Source: Acidobacteriota bacterium
Lineage (GTDB): Bacteria; Acidobacteriota; CAIWXX01
Assembly (NCBI GenBank): GCA_040755995.1
Contig: JBFMAF010000028.1
Coordinates: 1-64,000 of the forward strand
Direction: 5' to 3'
DNA: 64,000 bases
Part shown: positions 21,301 to 29,431 of the stretch, piece after piece
Layout: each line of letters begins with the position of its first letter
Position numbering within the stretch: position 1 is the stretch's first letter
Translations under genes and position numbers: made by a program
Notes under the pieces: generated by a model
Databases searched by the model: none
The model's input: only the letters and a program-made list of their open reading frames with translations
What the model was told of the DNA's origin: nothing

Positions 21301-22311
21301 GATGGCGGCGGTGGCGGCGTCCCGTCTCCCACGCCTGGCGCCGAGATCACCTACTACATCTACTCGTTCGACGGCAAGCTGATGGCGGAGTACGACTCGG
21401 ACGGCTACTGCAATCGCGACTACATCTACGCCGGCAGCCGCATGCTAGCCGAGTGGCGCCCCAAGACCGCCCAGAAGTTCTACTACATGCAGGACCAGAT
21501 CAACTCGACCCGCATGGTGACCAACGGCTCCGGCGACAGAATCTACTCCGCCGCCTACGATCCTTATGGCGGCCCCCAGAAGGTCTGGATCGACACCTAT
21601 TCCCCCGCCCTCGGATTCTCCGGCAAGGAACGCGACAAGGACACCGGCGCAGACTACTTCGGCGCTCGATGGTTCGCACATGGGCAGTATCGGTGGATCA
21701 GCACCGATCCGGTGATCGCGAGAGACATGGCCATCGTCAGTCCTCAGCTCTGGAACATGTACTCATACTGTTGGAACAACCCTGTGGTGGTTGTCGATCC
21801 TGACGGCCGATTTGCATGGATTGCCGTGATAATTGCGGTTGGATACACCTTGCTGAGTGATTCACAGCCGGCCAACGCACCGCCGACGGCAGAGCAGCTA
21901 GTTGCTTCTCATCCTGAGAACGTCTTCGGACATTCGATGATAGGCGCTGCCTTGGGTCTCGCGGCTGACGCGCTATTGCCATCGCACGGAAGTGCAGGTG
22001 CCATTGCCACCGAACTCGAAAGCCTTGCTGCGTCTAATGGCCCAATGACTGAGGTCGTTACGAGTCTCTCACGCGCACCGGAAGCCGGAAGGGCTCTCTC
22101 TGTGGCTACGGGTGAGGGTGCAAAACAACTAGCTATGCAGGCCGGTCCTGGTCGGCAACTGTTCACCGGGAAAATCCCGACAGCCTTGATCAATAAGCTC
22201 CAGACGATGAAGTTGGCTTCCAGGTCAGTAACGATGATGAACGGCGAAGTGGCAACCGAGATCAGGTTCACTGCGGATGCGACGAAGTACATCATTCCGT
22301 TCTTGCATTAA
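15316..22311 (+). CDS. Secreted Rhs/YD-repeat polymorphic toxin with seven inserted Ig-like domains and C-terminal toxin tip
   Basis: GGAG RBS and signal peptide MKSMLRVGLAVLSITCLSGAPGFA; ENVDLLTGNL..LPGPLGFDLAIHRAYNS; many YD repeats; core FSGKERDKDTGADYFGARW..NNPVVVVDPDG. ORF-track start 15028 overlaps the upstream gene and is probably too early. Confidence 0.95.
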   Translation: MAMKSMLRVGLAVLSITCLSGAPGFAQSGVFDQIGINGEHGFHGALAEENVDLLTGNLTLSYTDVYLPGPLGFDLAIHRAYNSKVVQDVKVVDTNGSWQTAYILQGEPRSWVGLGWTLHMGRLLDWKDPIDCIPVGGGCVVPPPSPTIEFPDGRSEKPALSSDANGTQIYHTQSHLKLVRQNGVWTLYFQDGTRWLFGNPTQIQYEKGPRDALCVVQIVNPQGYHIDASYIDGKPCLQTVKDSMQREVDFLVDSTAAQFPKLQRVQIKNSEGVWVEYTYTVIEGDGGVVGTVYLLDRFKPPLLPAQVFHYDLALPTKCRFQLTGVDTGLGGHMGYTYEDHPFATGGAGGKQGPWGSRVLSTKTLDDGTGQTASWTYTYPKFERAGDDTVEIKKLNVRGVPELSYAKYSWPGENNLDPVIKAKWFVDQSFSEGYSWKALEILDTNLLNGYRWVYVSLIETVTTRTLPNHETVKQYSYNAKTEQYGLPSSIKHSSGQNTATHRYTEKLTYAFESDNALENAYKLSYVTNHTTWNPSETQKQKETITAYEWPGGAVKLVDRLTDGGNYLTWTYENQLADPKLITITTDLPGSAGRQIAKYDHGVQSQLKWENSFDVFTRTVSAHDSSILTERNQYGGTMTFTYDNLGRVEKVAMPAGFADIDPSWAADGKSVSIARGSSQIVKLWDGLGRDTGYTETDTKSGTTLHYRKKLDEEGRVTEESNGSLSDADVWKYSYKQAGDLWKTVPPHDDDDPVDHTTEISFAGEDKMVIDGRNLQWTYRYDHLTGLITRTTDPAQMSTEFTYDPIGRLTKAVIGGSRTHTYDHNCMDQVTTETHPETGRIDYTYNPSTGNLDTKTWATTRTSYHYNSRNQLTGLDSGDDAISYGYSDTDGTLRLIESTTKGWKRTITAYNPFGLIETETITIPGLGAKKLEYRYDANNTLAKVIYPDGTTADYTNNGFDAPELVKLNGGRLVDSVVYGGYKQPASIGFANGTALTADYLNSGHLWWTNLARGGEAYYHAQYRYDGNYNIKTIEGTTPKIDVDFQYDSRNRLKTASYRQNDGRVTGITYDTDDFGNIWRITESSTTVASKVAFEHTSTGKNQLTGWPYDGRGNLKSDGVYQYVWDNMNRLAEVRNLNAEAGIDISTIMASMDGDAAPDAGTAEAPLLASYLYDDRGLRLKTDRSPQGTVLVAEIVLDYPNGGQTLYVGKQSEIRWHSTNVATVRIELLISVGNATQIKVIKASFDASLGKCSWTPDTPGGKCYIRISNTAGSEQDTSDGPFAILQKKLTVDQPNGGEHWEAFTEHNIVWRAEGDFGTQTMAIKYSTNNGTSWKPVEGANALDPKRKSFRWTVPNEPSEQCLIRIHTGNEDTEDRGDGTFTIEPSNREIKVVYPNGGRASPHLPDQERQTFKVGDKVTITWELTGHFVTGKGLKVSLVDESTNAPTVVTIAQVGYVTSCQWTVNDRPGSVFRIRVEDLATGVKDESDEHFRIVAAPATLKVTKPAGGELLGVGSKYRIEWEATSVSQCQNVRIDYIRNLPDHEIDVHEIVPSIENSGHYLWEVPPVPEGLPQEGWRIRVADPRDMDPEAKSGPFSIVPPQMALKVEWPNGKNDGLTIGTKVTIKWNPGDTTRIENVKVSLSRTGNSPYSESLHEGHESVANDGELPWIVTGPASTDCRIEIRDADGVTADTSDAKFPINDGFTIKKPVGGDVLRIGKSYTIKWSPRDMPKNVKIQIKRDGGDWKHIDPKNTTYTNEGSLNWIVSEPEAGECYLRVSDASNMKFCGETKEPFSIRPSITVTSPNGGEQLKVGTTATIAWTTGGNVPKVNIDISRNNGQSWSRIKAGLTNTGTLPWPVVTPTSTKCLIRVSDTDKDPWDESDNTFSIVKIVTGARGTGTGFQVPIGEEQEGEALMGGIGEGEMALPPEDAAPDAYVLRPGGDEPQETDGWVYVRDEEGLPDYEYQVPASDGAWDDSVDYPYDDEPEYVPQTQPGGEPAGTGDGGGGGVPSPTPGAEITYYIYSFDGKLMAEYDSDGYCNRDYIYAGSRMLAEWRPKTAQKFYYMQDQINSTRMVTNGSGDRIYSAAYDPYGGPQKVWIDTYSPALGFSGKERDKDTGADYFGARWFAHGQYRWISTDPVIARDMAIVSPQLWNMYSYCWNNPVVVVDPDGRFAWIAVIIAVGYTLLSDSQPANAPPTAEQLVASHPENVFGHSMIGAALGLAADALLPSHGSAGAIATELESLAASNGPMTEVVTSLSRAPEAGRALSVATGEGAKQLAMQAGPGRQLFTGKIPTALINKLQTMKLASRSVTMMNGEVATEIRFTADATKYIIPFLH

Positions 22312-22324
22312 GGGGAATCTGGCT

Positions 22325-22624
22325 ATGATCAAATGGTGCTGTCCGGGTTTTGAAGATTGCTTTCGCGAGGCCGACAACAGAGGTTTTGGGGTCTTCGTCG
22401 AATGGAAGCCCAAGCTGAAGCCCCTTTTTGTTCTTCAAGCCAGGGCGATTGACAGAGATGCCGTGCCTCCTCTCTCGTACAAAGGTCCCATCTCCCTTGT
22501 TCTGCAGACTGGGCTAACCTATTGCCCCTGGTGTGGGAGGAAGCTGGAGGAATGGTATGAGGACCACTTGCAGGAACTCACCAGGAACGACTTATCCATT
22601 CCATTAGGAGAGGAATCAGGCTGA
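22325..22624 (+). CDS. Probable immunity protein (WCC...YCPWCG, DUF6980-like)
   Basis: Small lower-GC ORF 13 bp after the Rhs stop, AGGGG RBS, Cys motifs. Confidence 0.75.
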   Translation: MIKWCCPGFEDCFREADNRGFGVFVEWKPKLKPLFVLQARAIDRDAVPPLSYKGPISLVLQTGLTYCPWCGRKLEEWYEDHLQELTRNDLSIPLGEESG

Positions 22625-22766
22625 GGCGGCGGCATCTCCCGTTCGGATGTTAGATTGATCGCCGACCGTTGCCGCGTCTGAGGAAGTGGGCTCAGGCGCG
22701 GCGAGGACTACGCCCTCAGACTCCGCTCAACGACAGGAAGCTGCCCGTCTTTGCCGAGCATCCTCA

Positions 22767-23120
22767 CTACCGGAGTGGGAGATAGAGAACCTTCCCCTCC
22801 AAGTCGGTTTCGAGACTGCATTCAGCCAGGAGGAGGATATCTTCGATCGGCTGGCCGGGAAGAGAGCCGCTCTTGATCTGGATCACGCCTGGCATCAAGA
22901 GACCATTGCGGACCCGATCGTATGCGTGCGCCGTGAAGGTGGCGGCATCGTGGGTGAGAAAGACGCGTCCTTCCCGTGCGGCCCATTCGAGTAGCGTTGG
23001 ATCATCAGCACCCAAAAGGTCGGTATCCTGAACGCGCACGATGTCGATTTCGGGATTGCGGCGGCGGACGCCACGCACGATGTCGTTGTCAAAGTTCTCG
23101 TCGGCTGCGAAGCGGAGCAC
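22767..23120 (-). CDS. DUF5615 family PIN-like toxin
   Basis: FAADENF..GADDPTLLEWAAREGRVFLTHD. Confidence 0.9.
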   Translation of the reverse strand: MLRFAADENFDNDIVRGVRRRNPEIDIVRVQDTDLLGADDPTLLEWAAREGRVFLTHDAATFTAHAYDRVRNGLLMPGVIQIKSGSLPGQPIEDILLLAECSLETDLEGKVLYLPLR

Positions 23121-23124
23121 GCTG

Positions 23125-23454
23125 CTATCGTTGCGCAGCGCGGCGCGCTAGGAGGCGTTCACGTAAGCCCGACGGATTGAACCGGGCTTCGTTCTCTTTC
23201 TGGATCGCGTCGGCCTGCCGTTCGCGCTCGTGCAGGTAGGTATCGACTTCGCTGCGATGATGGAGGTAGTAGCCGATCACCGCATAGACGTCGGCCAACT
23301 GGAGTGTCGGGTAGCGTTGTGCGATCTCTTCAGGGGTCGCGCCTGCGTTGAAGACCGAGATGACCGTGTCGAGGGTCACGCGTGTGCCGGCGACGCGTAT
23401 CACTCCGGCTTCCTCGCGAAGGGGAACGACCTCTGCTGCGATGGTCACGATCAA
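23125..23454 (-). CDS. DUF433 antitoxin
   Basis: IRVAGTRVTLDTVI..GATPEEIAQRYPTLQLADVYAVIGYY. Confidence 0.9.
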   Translation of the reverse strand: MIVTIAAEVVPLREEAGVIRVAGTRVTLDTVISVFNAGATPEEIAQRYPTLQLADVYAVIGYYLHHRSEVDTYLHERERQADAIQKENEARFNPSGLRERLLARRAAQR

Positions 23455-23472
23455 TGCCTCCTTTCGATGACG

Positions 23473-23880
23473 CTATCCGCCCTGTAGGACCTCTTCCATC
23501 TTGTGCTTGGCGATGACGCCGTCGATGAGGAGGATGATCGCCTCGCGGCTCTGTCGCGAGAGTCTTTCAGCTTCGAGGAAACGCTCATAGAGGCGTAGAT
23601 CGTTGATGCCCGGCGCCGTGGGCGCCTTGTCCTGCTCTCGGCCCATCAGGAGAGCGTCGGCGGAGATACGCAGTACCTCGGCCAGGGCCACGGCGGTCTC
23701 GAACGCCGGCAGAACCTGGCCTCGTTCGTACTTCGAGATCTGCATCACGTTCGCATCGACCATGTCAGCGAGCTGTTGCTGAGAAAGCCCGCACTCTTTA
23801 CGCGCCCGTCGCAGACGGAATCCAAAGCCCCTGGTGATCGTGCTCACGCTTCGTGCTCTCTGCTCTTTCATCAGGACCAT
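23473..23880 (-). CDS. XRE-family HTH repressor
   Basis: LRRARKECGLSQQQLA..ISKYERG..P..LAEVLRISADALL. Confidence 0.9.
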   Translation of the reverse strand: MVLMKEQRARSVSTITRGFGFRLRRARKECGLSQQQLADMVDANVMQISKYERGQVLPAFETAVALAEVLRISADALLMGREQDKAPTAPGINDLRLYERFLEAERLSRQSREAIILLIDGVIAKHKMEEVLQGG

Positions 23881-23925
23881 TCTACAGAGGACGCCTCTGA
23901 AGAACGGTCCCGACGACCTTGATAG

Positions 23926-23959
23926 TTGACATTATAGTCTTCGGAGCTTATATTGTCAA
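23926..23959. promoter_or_regulatory. Overlapping divergent sigma70 promoters (primase rightward, XRE leftward)
   Basis: + strand TTGACA(23926)-17-TATATT(23949); - strand TTGACA(23959)-17-TATAAT(23936). Confidence 0.8.
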
Positions 23960-24022
23960 TGGTGTCATGAGCATATGTCCTATTTCCCTCTTGACAGGGT
24001 TTTCTGAGGAGGTCGATTTTCG

Positions 24023-26824
24023 ATGATTTCGCCGGAAGTGATCGCGGATATCCGGGCGAGGAACGACCTGGTTGCTTTCATTGAATCTGCGGGGGTGCAG
24101 CTTCGTCGGCGCGGGGCGGATTACGTCGGCCTTTGTCCTTGGCACCCCGATACGAAGCCCTCACTCGTGGTGAGCCCGCGGAAGCAGTACTGGTGCTGTC
24201 ACGGGGCGTGTTCGGCAGGTGGGAAGCGGGTTGGCGGAGATGTGATTGAGTTTGCGCGGCGGCTGTGGGGCTTGGGGTTCCCCGAGACAGTGGCACGTCT
24301 TAGAAACGGCAGCGCTCCTCCGGAGGAGGCAGCGCCCGTAGCAGCGAAAGAAGAAGCGATTCCCAGGCTGGCGTTGCTCGAGCGCCTGGCGAGCTACTAC
24401 CAGAAGAACCTTCCGCGATCGGAGGAGGCGCAGAAATACCTGGCGTCGCGCGGGATTGCGCGGCCGGAGCTTCTCGCGGCGCTGCAGGTGGGCTTCTCGG
24501 ATGGATCGCTGACCGAGAGGACGTCTGCGGGATCGGCGGTACGGAAGGAGCTTGTGGCGGCAGGGCTCATCACGGATGCCGGTGCTGAGTTTTTCTTTCG
24601 CTGCATCGTGCTGCCGTTGAAGGACCTCGCCGGCAACGTCGTGAACATGTATGGCCGTGCGATCGATGCTGACCGCCATCTCTATCTGCCCGGGCCGCGA
24701 CGAGGGCTCGTGAACGCGGCGTGCGCGGCGACCGCCAGCGACATCGTCATCACCGAGTCCGTGATCGACGCGATGTCGTTCCTGGAGGCGGGAATTCCGA
24801 ACGTCGTTCCGATCTACGGCGTCAACGGCTGGACCGAGGATCACGACGAGCTGCTCGACAAGCACCGCATCCGCCGCGTCGTCATCGCGCTCGACTCCGA
24901 TGAGGCTGGCCAGAAGGCCTCGGCGGCGATCGCCGGGAAGCTCGCCGCTCGGGGCATCGATGTGCGCAACGTCGTGCTTGCCGCGAAGGACCCCAACGAG
25001 CTGCTCGTGCGCGAGGGCGCAGCCAGGTTCAGCGAGACATGGCACAACCTGGTTGCATTGCCCTCTTCTCTTTCGCTGCCAGGGGCTGCAGCGCCCGTGC
25101 CAATGACCACCGAACGGAGCGATTCCTCCGCCGCAGAAGCAGCGAAAGGAAAAGACACAGAGGAGCAGACTTCCCCGGCCGAATCTGCGTTGCCATCTCC
25201 ACTGGCAAGCAGCGCTCCTTCGGAGGGTGACACGCCCCCGGCGGCGCCCGCTAACTGCGGCAATGGCCAACCCGCAGCGCTTGCAGCGAAAGAAGAAAGC
25301 ATGAGCGGCGCGGTGACTCTTCTGCGCGATCCGGCAGGGGGCTACTTGATGTCTGCCGGGGCACGCATGTACCGCGTGAGAGGGCTGACCACACTCGGCG
25401 GGGATCATCTCAAGGTCACGCTGCGGGTCGAGAAGGAGCTGCGCTTCCATGTCGACACGTTCGATCTCTACTCGGCGCGATCGCGGCGTAGCTTCGTCGA
25501 GGATGTGTGCGAGGTATTCGGAGAGCAGGACCAGGCGGCACTTCACCGCGAGCTCGATCGGCTGATCGACGCGCTCGATCGCGAGCGGCTCTCGCTCAAG
25601 GACCGGGGCCGCGGGCAGGCGCCGAAGGCTCTGATGACGCCGGCTGAGCGCGAGGAAGCGATGGCGTTTCTCCTGGCGCCGGATCTCGTGGGGAAGCTGC
25701 GCGAAGACTTCGCGGCAGTCGGGTGCGTCGGCGAGGAGACGGCGATGCTGATCGCCTACCTTGCGGCCCTCTCGCGGAAACTGCCCTGGCCGCTGGCAGT
25801 GCTCTTCTGCGCGCGCTCGGGGGCCGGCAAGTCGAACCTGCAGCTATTGATCGCAGAGCTCATCCCACCGGAAGATCTCATCATGCACACGCGCGTCACT
25901 CAGTACGCGCTCTTCTACAAGGACGAAAACGCCCTCGTCCACAAGCTCCTTGCGATCGACGAAGAGGAAGGCGCTTCAGAGGCGGCCTACGCGCTGCGCA
26001 GCCTCCAGAGCGCCGGGTACCTCTCGATAACTGCCACGTGCACGGATCCGCAGACCGGCAAGCAGCGCGCTATCGACTACCGGGTGAACGGCCCCACAGC
26101 CATCTTCCTCACGACGGCGCATCCGGAGGCACTGGACTACGAGACCAGAAACCGGTTCGTGATCCTGACGGTGGATGAGTCGAAGGAGCAGACGCAGAGG
26201 ATTCTGGAAAAGCAGCGATGGGCGGAGACGATGGAAGGTCTCGTCTCAAGCGAGCGGCGCCTGTCGGTTCTCCGCCGCCATCACAACGCGCAGCGATTGC
26301 TGCAGCCGATCGAGGTCGTCAACCCGCACGCAGAGAGGCTCGCCTACCCTTGCGACCGCCTCATCCTCCGCCGCGAACAGAAGAAGTACCTGACGCTCAT
26401 CAAGGCGATCGCGCTGCTGCATCAGCACCAGCGGCCGAAGAAGAAGGTCGAGGCAACCGAGTACATCGAAGTGAGCCGGAAGGATGTGGAGATCGCCGGC
26501 GAGCTCGCGCCGCTGATCCTGCGGCGGAATCTGGACGAGCTGGCTCCGCCCACCCGCCAACTCCTCATCGAGATCCGCAAGCTTGTCTGCGCGAAGATGA
26601 AGGAGCAGGGCCTCTCACAGCATCACGCGCTCGTCCACCGCGACGAGATCCAGAAGGCTGCAGGCTACTCCGCCTGGCACGTGAGGACCTACATCCCGCA
26701 GCTCATCGAATTCGAGTATCTGCGGGCGGTGCATGGACGCAACGGGAAGCGGTACTTCTACGAGCTTCTCTGGGACGGAAAGGAAGAAGATCCCGCCGCC
26801 GGAATGAAAAAGTGTCCTCAGTAG
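24023..26824 (+). CDS. CHC2 zinc finger / TOPRIM DNA primase fused to P-loop helicase-like domain
   Basis: GLCPWHPDTKPS..CHGAC; ITESVIDAMS, ALDSDEAG, KDPNE; Walker A ARSGAGKS and Walker B LLAIDEE. Confidence 0.9.
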   Translation: MISPEVIADIRARNDLVAFIESAGVQLRRRGADYVGLCPWHPDTKPSLVVSPRKQYWCCHGACSAGGKRVGGDVIEFARRLWGLGFPETVARLRNGSAPPEEAAPVAAKEEAIPRLALLERLASYYQKNLPRSEEAQKYLASRGIARPELLAALQVGFSDGSLTERTSAGSAVRKELVAAGLITDAGAEFFFRCIVLPLKDLAGNVVNMYGRAIDADRHLYLPGPRRGLVNAACAATASDIVITESVIDAMSFLEAGIPNVVPIYGVNGWTEDHDELLDKHRIRRVVIALDSDEAGQKASAAIAGKLAARGIDVRNVVLAAKDPNELLVREGAARFSETWHNLVALPSSLSLPGAAAPVPMTTERSDSSAAEAAKGKDTEEQTSPAESALPSPLASSAPSEGDTPPAAPANCGNGQPAALAAKEESMSGAVTLLRDPAGGYLMSAGARMYRVRGLTTLGGDHLKVTLRVEKELRFHVDTFDLYSARSRRSFVEDVCEVFGEQDQAALHRELDRLIDALDRERLSLKDRGRGQAPKALMTPAEREEAMAFLLAPDLVGKLREDFAAVGCVGEETAMLIAYLAALSRKLPWPLAVLFCARSGAGKSNLQLLIAELIPPEDLIMHTRVTQYALFYKDENALVHKLLAIDEEEGASEAAYALRSLQSAGYLSITATCTDPQTGKQRAIDYRVNGPTAIFLTTAHPEALDYETRNRFVILTVDESKEQTQRILEKQRWAETMEGLVSSERRLSVLRRHHNAQRLLQPIEVVNPHAERLAYPCDRLILRREQKKYLTLIKAIALLHQHQRPKKKVEATEYIEVSRKDVEIAGELAPLILRRNLDELAPPTRQLLIEIRKLVCAKMKEQGLSQHHALVHRDEIQKAAGYSAWHVRTYIPQLIEFEYLRAVHGRNGKRYFYELLWDGKEEDPAAGMKKCPQ

Positions 26825-26831
26825 GTGACAC

Positions 26832-26876
26832 CTTGCGGAGCTTGCGGCGGCTTGTGAAACCTTGTGCACAAGGTTT
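26832..26876. repeat. CTTGYG repeats at about 10-bp spacing and a 20-bp perfect palindrome
   Basis: CTTGCG/CTTGTG at 26832, 26841, 26851, 26861; AAACCTTGTGCACAAGGTTT at 26857-26876. Confidence 0.7.
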
Positions 26877-27001
26877 TTGCCTCATAAACACCCGCGGCTC
26901 AGTCACTTAGAACCCTCGAGATCGACCTTGTGGGGTTTTTCGGGGAACGTACTCCCCCCCCTTGCGCGAACGCACTCCTCCCGGAGTGCAGGAGGTGACC
27001 A

Positions 27002-27952
27002 ATGGATGATCACCAACGCCTCAAGATGGATCTGCTGCGGGCACGCTTCGTTGAAGCGATGACGGCGTGGAACTGGAGCCCGCGCAGTGTCGTCAGCTAC
27101 GAGCAGAACGTGCGGTACTTCTTCGACTGGCTCGAGCGGGAGACCGAGATCGAGGATCTCGCGCGGGTGACGGCCGAGACGATGGTCTCGTATCAGACGG
27201 CGCTGCTTGCGGTGGAGAGGCCCGATGGAGGACGTCTTTCGGTAGGGACGCAACGGCATCGTCTCGGGGCGCTCAAGAGCTTCTTCGGCTATCTGTGGCG
27301 CGAGGGGAAGGTGCTGATGAATCCGGCTTCGCAAGTGGTGCTGCCGAAGAGGCGCAAGCAGCTTCCGCGGGCCAATCTCACGCCGAAGGAAGCGATCCGG
27401 CTTCTGGAAGCGGTCGGTACCTCGACACCGCTCGCGATGCGCGACCGCGCGATTCTGGAACTGCTCTATGCAACCGGCATCAGGAACGCCGAGATTCGCG
27501 CGCTGACGCTTGCGGATGTTTGCGAGACCACTCTCACGATCCGCGCCGGCAAGGGCGGCAAGGATCGCGTCGTCCCGATGGGGAGGGTGGCAGAAGCGGC
27601 CCTCTCTGACTACCTGCAGGAGGCCCGGCCCAAGCTGGCGATGAAGGACGGAGTGCTCAACATCTTCCTCACCAAGCACGGCCTGCCGCTCGACTCTTAC
27701 GCCGTGATCAACGCCGTCAGGCGCGCGGTGCGGGCTGCCGGCATCAAGAAGGCGATCCACCCACATTCCTTGAGGCATGCCTGCGCGACTCACATGCTCC
27801 GCGGCGGAGCCGACATCCGCTACATCCAGAAGCTGCTCGGGCACGCCTCGCTCCAGACCACACAGCTCTACACGCTCGTCGAGATCAGCGATCTCAAGGC
27901 CGTGCACCGGTTGTATCACCCGCGCGAACGCCGCCGTGGTCTCACTCGCTGA
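27002..27952 (+). CDS. XerC/XerD-like tyrosine recombinase
   Basis: RDRAILELLYATGIR, GKGGKDRVVP, HSLRHACATHML, LLGHASLQTTQLYT. Confidence 0.95.
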   Translation: MDDHQRLKMDLLRARFVEAMTAWNWSPRSVVSYEQNVRYFFDWLERETEIEDLARVTAETMVSYQTALLAVERPDGGRLSVGTQRHRLGALKSFFGYLWREGKVLMNPASQVVLPKRRKQLPRANLTPKEAIRLLEAVGTSTPLAMRDRAILELLYATGIRNAEIRALTLADVCETTLTIRAGKGGKDRVVPMGRVAEAALSDYLQEARPKLAMKDGVLNIFLTKHGLPLDSYAVINAVRRAVRAAGIKKAIHPHSLRHACATHMLRGGADIRYIQKLLGHASLQTTQLYTLVEISDLKAVHRLYHPRERRRGLTR

Positions 27953-28886
27953 TCATCTCGATCAGTACCTGCACGCGTGCGGGGCACAGGGACTGAGCCA
28001 GGGGACAATCGTCTACCGCCGTCTCTATCTGAGGCACTTCGTGAACTGGCTGCTTGAGCGGAGTGTGGATGACATCCGGCGCGTGAGCAGTGAGACGATC
28101 GCCGAGTACGCACGCGAGCTGCGCGCGCACCGGTATCGCCGGCAGAATACCGCCCCGTGGCGCCCGCTCACGCCGCGCACGAGAGCTCAGCGGCTGGCAA
28201 TCGTGCACCGGTTCTTCCAGTGGCTATGCCGCGGGCGTGTGCTGCTTGCGGATCCCACCAGCGATCTGGCGGGCAAGCCGCTTCCACAGCCGCTCCCCGT
28301 GCGCGTACCGTCCGAATCCGAGATGCTGCAAATACTCGCTGCACCGGATGCGAGCACCGCAATCGGCAGACGCAATCGCGCGATCCTGGAGCTGCTCTAC
28401 TCGACCGGCATGCGCCGGGCCGAGCTTGAGGCGCTCGACTTGAGCGACCTCGATCTCGCATCAGGCACCGTTCTCATCCGATGCGGCAAGGGCGGCCGCT
28501 CGCGCGTCGTGCCGATCGGCGACACAGCCGCCGCCGCCCTCCTCGACTACATCGAGAACGCCCGCCCGTGCTTCCTCCGCAGGCCTGGCGTCACCGCGCT
28601 GTTTGTCGCAGCCAACACCGGCCATCGTCTCTCGAAGAAGGGAATGTGGCAGATGGTCCGCGACGTCGCTCGGGCCGCCGGCTTCCACCACCGCCTCTCC
28701 CCCCACCAGTTTCGACATGCCTGTGGCACTCACATGCTACGCGCCGGCGCCAACCTCCGCCACGTCCAGCAACTCCTCGGCCATTCCAAGATCGAGTCGA
28801 CCGAAATCTACACGCACGTTGCCATCCGCGACCTGGCTGACGTCCACGCCCGCACCCACCCCCGTTGCCGCATGCACCGCCCGTAG
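27936..28886 (+). CDS. Second XerC/XerD-like tyrosine recombinase
   Basis: RNRAILELLYSTGMR, GKGGRSRVVP, HQFRHACGTHML, LLGHSKIESTEIYT; GTG start overlapping the upstream gene. Confidence 0.93.
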   Translation: MVSLADHLDQYLHACGAQGLSQGTIVYRRLYLRHFVNWLLERSVDDIRRVSSETIAEYARELRAHRYRRQNTAPWRPLTPRTRAQRLAIVHRFFQWLCRGRVLLADPTSDLAGKPLPQPLPVRVPSESEMLQILAAPDASTAIGRRNRAILELLYSTGMRRAELEALDLSDLDLASGTVLIRCGKGGRSRVVPIGDTAAAALLDYIENARPCFLRRPGVTALFVAANTGHRLSKKGMWQMVRDVARAAGFHHRLSPHQFRHACGTHMLRAGANLRHVQQLLGHSKIESTEIYTHVAIRDLADVHARTHPRCRMHRP

Positions 28887-29431
28887 CAGCGAAAGAAGAA
28901 GCACACAGCAGCGCTTGCCGCGCCCTCCTGGCCGGCATATACTCGCCCTGCTACCCAGAGACACTGAGATGCTCCAGAGGCGCCAACACGACCTCCAGCC
29001 AGTGCCTCTCTCTTTCGCTGCCAGCGCTGCTGCCGGCTGTGGCACGCCAGTGGGGATACGCGATGAAGCCATGGGATGCTCTCAAGCAGCGCTGCTCGCC
29101 AGTGAAGCAGGGGAACTCGGTTCTGTGGGACATGGCGCTGAAGTCTGCTCCGCTGTGCTTTTTCCTTTCGCTGCTTCTGCGGCGGAGCGATGGCGCCGTT
29201 CAGGCGCGATTGGCTGCGTTGGCGTGGCCGCCGATGACGCAGTGCGTCGCGACGAAGCGGGGATGTGTACTAGCGCGACGGCCTCCAGAAACCACCCAAA
29301 TCCCGTTTTTCAACTTCATGCGTTTTCAAGCACATCCGCTGTCAGCGTGGGCTTTTCTTTCGCTGCGGGCGCGCTGCAAGTTGCTGATTCTACGCGCGCG
29401 GCAGGGCGCGGAAGTTGCCTACAACATCTAA

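Larger units (their letters stand above)
24333..29366. repeat. GCAGCGAAAG repeat family (8 copies), including a 25-bp direct repeat and a 48-bp inverted repeat
   Basis: + copies 24341, 25139, 25283, 28886; - copies 25070, 29012, 29165, 29357; identical 25-mer at 24333 and 28878; 45/48 inverted match 25126-25173 vs 29140-29187. Confidence 0.85.
22700..29431. mobile_element. Integrative element: TA - XRE - primase/helicase - two tyrosine recombinases (left end uncertain, may extend to about 21655)
   Basis: Gene content, divergent promoter switch, iteron-like repeats, abrupt junction with an Rhs-core fragment at about 29431. Confidence 0.8.

Noticed and set aside
27002..28886. Housekeeping xerC/xerD or integron integrase
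   Set aside because: Tandem pair behind a primase in element context; no IntI-specific insertion evident
28603..29431. N-terminal 276 aa of the 481-aa ORF as a real Rhs N-terminus
   Set aside because: Overlaps the recombinase out of frame and crosses the repeat region; Rhs similarity starts only at 29432
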